Shown here piece after piece: positions 9,709-16,801 of a stretch of DNA of 28,609 nt (position 1 is the first letter of the stretch; every line of letters begins with the position of its first letter). The notes below the pieces were generated by a model that saw only the letters and a program-made list of their open reading frames with translations, was not told the DNA's origin and did not search any database. Origin of the DNA: an uncultured archaeon (lineage in GTDB: Archaea; Asgardarchaeota; Jordiarchaeia; Jordiarchaeales; Jordiarchaeaceae); NCBI GenBank assembly GCA_964510585.1, contig CAZECW010000071.1, positions 1 to 28,609 on the forward strand, in the 5' to 3' direction. The position numbers and the translations under genes are program-made.

Positions 9709-9969
9709 TACACTTCTACCTCCTTATTTTATAACACCTACGAATTAAACTGAATACTAGAAATGCCAATCTCACACATAGCAATAATAATGTATTTACT
9801 ACGCAGTTTATATCTTTTATTAAGCATAACTTATATGTATATTCACGATATTCTAACATTTTTTTAAATATATCCTTAACCAACAGTGCTTCTCACAGTT
9901 ATTAAAAGAAAATACAAGTCAAAATTCTTTATTTACTTATACAGGGCGCTTCTCTAAAATGTTTCACTC

Positions 9970-11244
9970 TTAACTGAGTATATCTGAGAACTTTACACTC
10001 CTTGAGTCATTTATACAGGGCATAAAGAAGAACGCAGCAGGCTCTATACCGATTTTATTTCCATTCAGTATCTCCTTTTGAATTGCTCTAATTAAACAGA
10101 TTCCCAATGGGATTTGTTTAATTGAGTAGTTTGCGAAAAGTGCCGATGTGAAAAGCCGGCCCTGCCTTACCAAAAATTGTATAACCAGAGGGTTTAAATC
10201 ATATTTTTTTTCCCAAGGATTATTAGGAGTAATAACTACTCTCCTACTCAGCTTTGATTCCTCTAATTTTCTTTTAGCCAATTTTATTTGATCAATTGTA
10301 ACAGATTTCCCTTCATCCGTTTTAGCTTTGTAGAATCTAAGAAATTTTCCCAATTCCCCCTCTCCATGTAAAATTCCTTCCACTTGATGTTCAAGCTCTA
10401 CTAATTTAACGTCTACTTCCTCTAACTTAAACCCGAAATATAAATAAAATTGTCCTCCCTCTTGAGGCTCCGAATACTTTGCAAACTTGTATTCTAATTC
10501 CGATAATACCTCACGCAAATTTTGAGATCTTAAAAGTATGGGTCCAGCCAAGTTCTCATTATTGATTCGTGGATTAGAATTGGAGGTAGGTAGCGAACCG
10601 AAAAAGCTTTGTCTTAATTCATTAATTGAAGTTTCGTATATGTGTGCTGACCCCGAAATTGTGGTTATGGTGCCCAAAGCCTTTTTACCACCAAATCTAC
10701 TTGCAACTTCTGTTAAAAAAACCGTATAAATACCAGCAACATCGTCGGGATATGCTCGGGCCATATCATTACTTCTAATATATATGGTCGAATGAATTTT
10801 TGAGCCTACTTTATGAAAAAGAACAATATTAATACAGGGAGGATTAGTGCTTAAAATGTCCGTTGGTGGGTTCCAGAGCTGGGCAAAAGCTACATTTTTC
10901 CCACTACTTAACTGATTTTTAATGTAATCCAGCTGGTTAAACGTGAATCTTTTTCTCATAGCCCATCCATAGCTATATACATGTTCCCCCTTCTCAGAAC
11001 TAATATATTGGGGAATATAACTCTCAAGAAGTGTATCCTTACTCAGCCCAATATAGTTTATTGGAACAAAATTTCCACTTTGCCAATCACTTAGATGAAT
11101 CGTAGCACAAAAAGTTTCCCTAGTTTCCTGTTTTTTGTCCTCAGTTATCTCCTTTATTCCTTTTTCGAGGATTGTGTTAATGCAACTTCTCCAAGCAACA
11201 TCTATATTTCTGGCTCGAATCAAATAAGGGCCGTAGAAGCTCAT
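9970..11244 (-). CDS. Thymidylate synthase / dCMP hydroxymethylase-fold protein with two tandem TS domains
   Basis: Domain 1: YSYG, QLDYI, LWNP, PPC137, R157SND...D168, SAH201IY203, with the same C-to-R and R-to-N/D spacing as E. coli ThyA. Domain 2 (aa about 230-424) repeats the N-terminus (GPILLRSQNL vs GPYLIRARNI) and has DQI and SR334R335VVI...QFLVRQGRL. Confidence 0.85.
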   Translation of the reverse strand: MSFYGPYLIRARNIDVAWRSCINTILEKGIKEITEDKKQETRETFCATIHLSDWQSGNFVPINYIGLSKDTLLESYIPQYISSEKGEHVYSYGWAMRKRFTFNQLDYIKNQLSSGKNVAFAQLWNPPTDILSTNPPCINIVLFHKVGSKIHSTIYIRSNDMARAYPDDVAGIYTVFLTEVASRFGGKKALGTITTISGSAHIYETSINELRQSFFGSLPTSNSNPRINNENLAGPILLRSQNLREVLSELEYKFAKYSEPQEGGQFYLYFGFKLEEVDVKLVELEHQVEGILHGEGELGKFLRFYKAKTDEGKSVTIDQIKLAKRKLEESKLSRRVVITPNNPWEKKYDLNPLVIQFLVRQGRLFTSALFANYSIKQIPLGICLIRAIQKEILNGNKIGIEPAAFFFMPCINDSRSVKFSDILS

Positions 11245-11246
11245 TT

Positions 11247-12749
11247 TTACTCACAACCAAGCTTTAAAGCATAATAGGGATGGGGAGGCTTTGGGTAAAT
11301 CCCAACCGTATTTATGTTCTCGTCCGCAATTGCAGCTTCAACAGCCGCTACCTTCCTGAATATAGCCTCAGCATTTTTTATTGGACCATAAAGATTAATG
11401 TCTATTCCATAAAGGGAAGGAAGAGCATAGTCAAAAGAAAAATCCAGATTTTTTAATTCACTGTTACTCTTAGATAGCCTTGATTGCAGATTGTGGATGC
11501 CAATACATACAGGATAACCATAGCAATTCTTAAATAACCAAGCTGCATGCAAAGCACTTATTGAACCTGCCCCCAGAATAGAAACACCAGGATCAATAAT
11601 TGGCTTCGTGATTAACCCCTCCATAAATTCAATTATTTCTCTGAACCGATTGATCCTTGAAGGTAGTTTTACATCAAAGGGCAAAACTATAGAATATTCT
11701 ATCCGTCCCATTTCGCCAATCATAGCCTTTTCTCTTTTATCCACGCCGCTAACCGAATTGTATATAACTCTACCATCTAAACCCAGATCTTTAGCTACAC
11801 CCATCGCTTCTATTCTTGCTTCCAAAACTGGCGAATCAAGAATTATTGGTGAGTCTGTGATATCTGCAACAAATAAAAGGTATCTTGTTAAAGCCTCAGA
11901 AGTTTCTCCAACTATGTGTACCATTGAGGGAATTTCGTATTTTAAAGAATTCTCCTCCTGTTTCCGAATTTGCTCCTCAGCCTTAATCTTATCAAAGACG
12001 CCTTCACTATGATTAACTACCAATTTATCCCCTCTATAAAACATGGTTCCTGCTAAAACTACGGGATATTCCCCTCTCTGCCCGCCTATCTTAATCCCAC
12101 ATATATCATAAACTCTTAGTTCCCCAGTAAATATCAAGGGATTTAATAGAGATATACCCTTATCAAGAAAGCTTTTATTTTCCTCTTGAAACCGCCTTAT
12201 TCCTTCACCCCAATCATATTCCACTTTGGGTGTTAATGGAAGAATAGGCTCCTCAGGAAATGGAGATATGTTTTGCGCATTAAGTTCATTGATTATAGAC
12301 ATCAATTTTTGAACGTTTGTTTCTCCTCGTGCATCCACCACCCTAACGATTTGACTTTGAAACCTTTTAACAAATTTATTCGGGTCGTCTCCCCTGAAAT
12401 AATTTGGATGCAAAACAGGTATAGTACCCTCACTTCCGATAATTCTATAATTTTCATCAATCCCATTGTTATAGAGCGAAATGATAGTTTGCCCCGGTTC
12501 ATGGCCAACTACACGCTCACCGCAGACTATGAGAAACCTAATATTTGGGTTTGAAGCCAAATTTTGTAAAATCTTAGCTATTCCACTATTCTCCGTCTCA
12601 CAAAAACCAACAATTGCAATTTTGTCACTCAATTTGGCTAACTCTTTTGGCAAATCGTAAGACCCACACGTAACTATGGCGATGGCCGCCTTTTCGTTTA
12701 TAACAACATAATCACCAGCAACGAATGGCCACTTTGACATAAACAACAT
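11247..12749 (-). CDS. mtrAH: MtrA-MtrH fusion (corrinoid protein + methylpterin:corrinoid methyltransferase)
   Basis: N-half: WPFVAGDYVV, TENSGIAKILQNLASNPNIRFLIVCG, GH83 cobamide ligand, IIGSEGTIP (MtrA). C-half: IKIGGQRGEYPVVLAGTMFY, FDKIKAE, IILDS, LYGPIKNA, HPYY (MtrH). Start is 12749 or 12740. Confidence 0.9.
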   Translation of the reverse strand: MLFMSKWPFVAGDYVVINEKAAIAIVTCGSYDLPKELAKLSDKIAIVGFCETENSGIAKILQNLASNPNIRFLIVCGERVVGHEPGQTIISLYNNGIDENYRIIGSEGTIPVLHPNYFRGDDPNKFVKRFQSQIVRVVDARGETNVQKLMSIINELNAQNISPFPEEPILPLTPKVEYDWGEGIRRFQEENKSFLDKGISLLNPLIFTGELRVYDICGIKIGGQRGEYPVVLAGTMFYRGDKLVVNHSEGVFDKIKAEEQIRKQEENSLKYEIPSMVHIVGETSEALTRYLLFVADITDSPIILDSPVLEARIEAMGVAKDLGLDGRVIYNSVSGVDKREKAMIGEMGRIEYSIVLPFDVKLPSRINRFREIIEFMEGLITKPIIDPGVSILGAGSISALHAAWLFKNCYGYPVCIGIHNLQSRLSKSNSELKNLDFSFDYALPSLYGIDINLYGPIKNAEAIFRKVAAVEAAIADENINTVGIYPKPPHPYYALKLGCE

Positions 12750-12812
12750 CTCTTCATAGATTGACAGCTACAATACTTATTTAATACGAGGCAAGCCTCA
12801 ACCACATAGAAA

Positions 12813-12828
12813 TTATAAAACGTTTATT
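12813..12828 (-). promoter_or_regulatory. Putative BRE/TATA promoter of the mtrAH-TS operon
   Basis: Minus strand AATAAACG-TTTTATAA, about 65-75 nt upstream of the start codon; a GAGGC-N2-GCCTC inverted repeat at 12788-12799 lies near the predicted TSS. Confidence 0.3.
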
Positions 12829-13214
12829 ATAAATCAAGTACATTTGAAATTAACTATTTGCATGTAAAAAGTTTTTCATGTAAACTTTTTTGGAAGAAAC
12901 AATTTCAGTAGGGTAATTTTGTTTTCGCAACTTTAGTCAACATCTTCACCCTTGTTTTAAGAGGCCCCTTTTCACGTTTCCTTTTGGAAGGAGACTCGAA
13001 CCTCCAAAAACCAGCCACCCACCATCAGCTGCACCGCAATCCACAAAAAAAGTACCAAAGATCTTTTTGTGCCCAAATTTTTAGAAACCAGCCCCCTGCA
13101 TTCATTATTTTCCCTGCACCTGTAAACTACAAAGCCAGCAAGAAGAAGGCTAACAATCTTAATGAGCTTTTCCTTTAACCCCTCTGTTATGGATTTTTAT
13201 CAAGCTCTGCCAGT

Positions 13215-13272
13215 AAAAAATAGTTCCCGCTCCTCCAAAATAAGTTTTGGTAAATCTTTTAATCGTGCGGGA
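13215..13272 (-). terminator. Putative terminator after the LeuA-family gene
   Basis: TCCCGC (13225-30) pairs with GCGGGA (13267-72), enclosing a CCAAAA-TAAG-TTTTGG hairpin; followed on the minus strand by a T6 tract (13215-20). Confidence 0.35.
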
Positions 13273-13353
13273 GTAGCAATGTAGTAATTTAAGAAATTAA
13301 AAGTAACAAAAATATCATAAAAGGATGCAGAACGGTTTAGCGTCTACACGTTT

Positions 13354-14910
13354 TTACTCGTCCTTACGATTTTTATTGGAGGCCAGCATACGATTAACTG
13401 CATTGATAAGAGCCTGAACACTTGCACTTACTATATCCTCATTTGCCGCTCTAGCAGTATATAACCTATCTTTTTTGTCTTTAACTTTGACTGTAACAAA
13501 ACCCAACGCGTCCGTGCCACCAGTTATTGCTTCCAGATTATATTCAACTAGCGACATCTCCCCAAATGCCTTTACAGCCTTCTGTAAAGCGTTACAAGCT
13601 GCGTCAATTGGGCCGACTCCCAAATCCGAAACAAGTTTTTCTTCTCCACCCACATTTATTCGAACCGTAGCTGTGGGAGTAATATTCAATCCAGTGATAA
13701 CTACAAGCTCTTTTAATTTCAGAAACTGTTCCTCTTCCGATACTCTGCCAATTATGTCATCTGCAATGGCCTGCAACTCTATGTCAGTAATGCCTTTTCC
13801 TTTATCACCTAACTTTTTGATACGCTTCAGTATCTCTTCCAACTGTTCATTAGAATATATGTAGCCGTAACTATCCAGCTTAGCTTTTAGAGAGTGTTTC
13901 CCAGTATGTTTTCCAATTGCTATAGATGAAAGCGAAATTTCTTCCTTACTTCTCTTTCTTCCTATTAGTTCTGGAGAGAACGGTTCATAGGTTCTGGGGT
14001 CTTGCAAAACAGCATGAGCATGTATTCCACTTTCATGACGAAAGGCATTTTCTCCAATAATCGCCCTGTTGGGTGGAATTTTTATACCGCTTAAATTCTC
14101 AATGAGCTTTGATGTCTCGAAAATATACTCCGTTTTTATGTTTGTTTTAATCCCATAAAGAACAGCTAATGCCATAGCAACTTCTTCTAAAGAAGCGTTC
14201 CCCGCCCTTTCTCCTATACCGTTGACTGTGACATGAACCTGCTTGGCTCCCATCTCTATAGCGGCTAAAGAATTAGCCACTGATAAACCAAAATCGTCAT
14301 GTGTGTGCGCCGATATTACTGTATCACTATCCGCAACGCCACCCAATTCTTTTACTAGATACGCGTAAGCTCGGGGGGTTGCGCATCCCACCGTGTCTGG
14401 TATATTAATTACATCAGCACCCGCCTTAACGACCTCTCGATAAACCTCTTTTAGGAAGTCCAAGTCACTTCTAGTAGCGTCCTCGGCGGAGAATTCAACT
14501 TTTAACCAGTGCTCTTTAGCGTGCTCAACCGTTTCAACTGCACTGTTCAGGACTTGTTCCCGCGTCATTCTAAGTTTTTCCTTCATATGCAAATCTGAAG
14601 TGGCTATAAAGATATGTATCCGATCAACACCACAATCAAGAGCCAAATCTACTTCTTTTAGATTGGTTCTAGCTAGTGAACAAATCTCGGGATCTAAATC
14701 TAATTTAGCTATTTCACGTATAGCCTCTTCTTCACCCCTTGAAACTATAGCCATTCCTGCTTCAATAACATCTACACCCAATTTTGCGAGCTGCTCCGCA
14801 ATAGTTTTTTTCTCATTAATAGTGAAGGAAACACCAGGTGTCTGTTCGCCATCACGCATTGTTGTATCAAAAAACAATACCTCATCAGGTAGGGTTAATT
14901 CTTTAGACAC
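13354..14910 (-). CDS. 2-isopropylmalate synthase / (R)-citramalate synthase family (LeuA/CimA)
   Basis: DTTMRDGEQTPG, FSAEDATR, PDTVG, HTHDDFG, NGIGERAGNA, FRHESGIH and C-terminal allosteric domain (GVGPIDAA...DALG). LeuA vs CimA cannot be resolved by eye. Confidence 0.92.
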   Translation of the reverse strand: MSKELTLPDEVLFFDTTMRDGEQTPGVSFTINEKKTIAEQLAKLGVDVIEAGMAIVSRGEEEAIREIAKLDLDPEICSLARTNLKEVDLALDCGVDRIHIFIATSDLHMKEKLRMTREQVLNSAVETVEHAKEHWLKVEFSAEDATRSDLDFLKEVYREVVKAGADVINIPDTVGCATPRAYAYLVKELGGVADSDTVISAHTHDDFGLSVANSLAAIEMGAKQVHVTVNGIGERAGNASLEEVAMALAVLYGIKTNIKTEYIFETSKLIENLSGIKIPPNRAIIGENAFRHESGIHAHAVLQDPRTYEPFSPELIGRKRSKEEISLSSIAIGKHTGKHSLKAKLDSYGYIYSNEQLEEILKRIKKLGDKGKGITDIELQAIADDIIGRVSEEEQFLKLKELVVITGLNITPTATVRINVGGEEKLVSDLGVGPIDAACNALQKAVKAFGEMSLVEYNLEAITGGTDALGFVTVKVKDKKDRLYTARAANEDIVSASVQALINAVNRMLASNKNRKDE

Positions 14911-15306
14911 GTTTCTTATAAATTGGCTGACAAAGGAAGTCAGACCTCCTCATGGATTCAACCTCCAATAGAACATAAAGTACGCACCACAGTAACCCTA
15001 ACCAAATTTAACTATTTCGCGCAATAATTTTTGACTATAAATAAGACACAATCGCCTCTGTTACCTATCGTTTGTAGATTAGACATGTATTAAAAATGGC
15101 TAAATACAATTCTAAAAACGAAGCTTAATAGGGAATGTTGCTCACTCTTGGAAAAAAGTTGAATAAGTTAAGAAAATATATGCCTTAGTAAGCTAGGAGG
15201 GTAATCTTTTCTGAGAAGGAACATGTTATTCTTTTTTGGGTAGGCTCAGCTAAAGTCAGTGGGGGTATGCCCCCACATCTACCTTGTATAAGTATGCTTT
15301 CCTCCG

Positions 15307-15855
15307 TCAAAGCATTTTTAGTTGAAGTTCTTCCTCGATTGCCTCCTTTTGCATGTTTTTGAATTCGAGGGTGTCTACAAATTGTGTAACATTGGCAGAT
15401 ACGAACTTATTTTCTCTTATATTATCGATGTACACTTTGCGCGCTACTATTTTACCGATATATGTGAGAGATACTGGAATGCCTTTGTTTTCTTTGTTTC
15501 CTGCAATTATAAGCCCTGCTTTTTTAAGTCTGTTAAGATTCCACCTAGCCGTTGATTTAGGCATCTCAAATTTTTCCGAAATTTCTTCGGCAAGCCTTGT
15601 GAAAACGGTGGCGACTTCTAGATTTGATATGTACATCAGAATTTCTCTTTGCTTTTTCGTCAATGCTATGGAGGCTAATTTTTCGATTCCTTCTCTTAGT
15701 AAAGAGAATTCTTTAAGAAAATTCTTTTTTAAAGAACTCAACAAAAAATTCTTGTTTTCCTCTTTTTCGTCTTTCAAAAATAGATTTATGCCCTCTATGA
15801 GAGAGTCCATTCTATTTAATAGTTCAAAGATATCTGCTTCAGCGAATTTCTTCAA
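15307..15855 (-). CDS. Winged helix-turn-helix protein, probable transcription regulator
   Basis: LTKKQREILMYI...TRLAEEISEKFEMPKSTARWNLNRLKKAGLI...GIPVSLTYIG wHTH pattern; TTG start, in-frame stop upstream. Confidence 0.75.
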   Translation of the reverse strand: MKKFAEADIFELLNRMDSLIEGINLFLKDEKEENKNFLLSSLKKNFLKEFSLLREGIEKLASIALTKKQREILMYISNLEVATVFTRLAEEISEKFEMPKSTARWNLNRLKKAGLIIAGNKENKGIPVSLTYIGKIVARKVYIDNIRENKFVSANVTQFVDTLEFKNMQKEAIEEELQLKML

Positions 15856-16510
15856 CCCTCCAACTGTGGAGGAAAGAACACCTCTGCAACCTTATTTCAC
15901 CTCACGAAGCAATTTTCGGAACGGTGCTATAATTGTGTTGAGTAATATTCAAAGAAGATATATATCTTTTATGCTATTTGTTGCCCTAACCACTTACCTT
16001 TTAACATAAACATTGCAACTAAAGGGCTGAGATAGTGCACCTCCTTTTAATTTACTCATGTATTACTCGTTTTTTTAAACGGAAAAATTGTACTAAACTT
16101 AGCCGAAATCTAAATTATTCCACGCTTCTCTATACTGAATGAATTGTGGCGCTATTTCTTCACTAAGCGCACTGCACGGAGTCTACTTAAAATGGAAAAC
16201 ATTGCGGCCACGCGAAAATTTTAAATAGCTCAAAAAAAATGGAGTAAATTATCTAAAAAATTTTAGTAATTATAAATGCAAACAATACAACACTACCCTT
16301 AATTAAACTTCCCCACTTCAAAAGTTTGGACTTTAAATCATCAAAAATAATATTATTGGGAGACCAAATTAATTAGACTCTAAAAATTCAATTAATTGCG
16401 AGTTTCAACGGTCAAATGAGCACGTTGGCAACAGCTTCGATGGATTCTTATAAAAATCTGAGGCTACCCGTATTAAATGTTCAAAATTAGATATAGAGGG
16501 CGTAAACAAA

Positions 16511-16801
16511 ATGTGTGTAAAGAAGCTATTAGTATTTACACAAGTGAATTGCCCTAACTGTCCAACAATGAAAAAGATTACCTTAGAAGTGGGCAAAAAG
16601 CTAAACATACCCGTAGAATTGGTAGATATCACAAATGGTGTACCAGAGTCTTTAGAATTCGATTTACTACAAAATCAAATTTACATTTCATCAACTCCTT
16701 CCGTAGTATTGGTAAACGAAGATGGGTCAATTAGGGAATTAGTGTTGGGAGAAATTATCTATCATGAAGAATTAGAGAGGCGAATATTTAACCAAGAGTG
16801 A
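16511..16801 (+). CDS. Thioredoxin/glutaredoxin-like protein (NrdH-like)
   Basis: CPNC redox motif near the N-terminus, STP cis-Pro motif; stop overlaps the nrdD ORF start (GTGA). Confidence 0.85.
   Translation: MCVKKLLVFTQVNCPNCPTMKKITLEVGKKLNIPVELVDITNGVPESLEFDLLQNQIYISSTPSVVLVNEDGSIRELVLGEIIYHEELERRIFNQE

Noticed and set aside
11247-12749. mtrA/mtrH as evidence for methanogenesis
   Set aside because: No membrane mtr subunits or mcr genes in the window; the fusion has no membrane anchor.
12861-12884. CATGTAAA direct repeat upstream of mtrAH
   Set aside because: Only two AT-rich 8-mers; not distinguishable from background.
13080-13140. Possible cobalamin riboswitch upstream of the corrinoid gene (minus strand GGTGCAGGGAA)
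   Set aside because: Elements are in the wrong order, and there is no B12-box or GCCACTG core.
12984-13178. 64-aa + strand ORF in the mtrAH-leuA spacer
   Set aside because: No SD or motif, and low-complexity composition; better explained as non-coding.
14506-14508. Trp in KEHWLKVEF of the LeuA-family protein, where Gly is usual
   Set aside because: One-base difference (TGG vs GGG); a sequencing error or neutral variant cannot be excluded.
15225-15280. TPP-riboswitch-like GCTGAG...ACCC on the minus strand
   Set aside because: The downstream GAACCTGAT and pyrophosphate-helix motifs are absent, and no thiamine gene follows.
15353-16009. 218-aa + strand ORF
   Set aside because: Antisense shadow of the wHTH gene; Phe/Ser/Leu-rich, as expected from the reverse complement of Lys/Glu codons.
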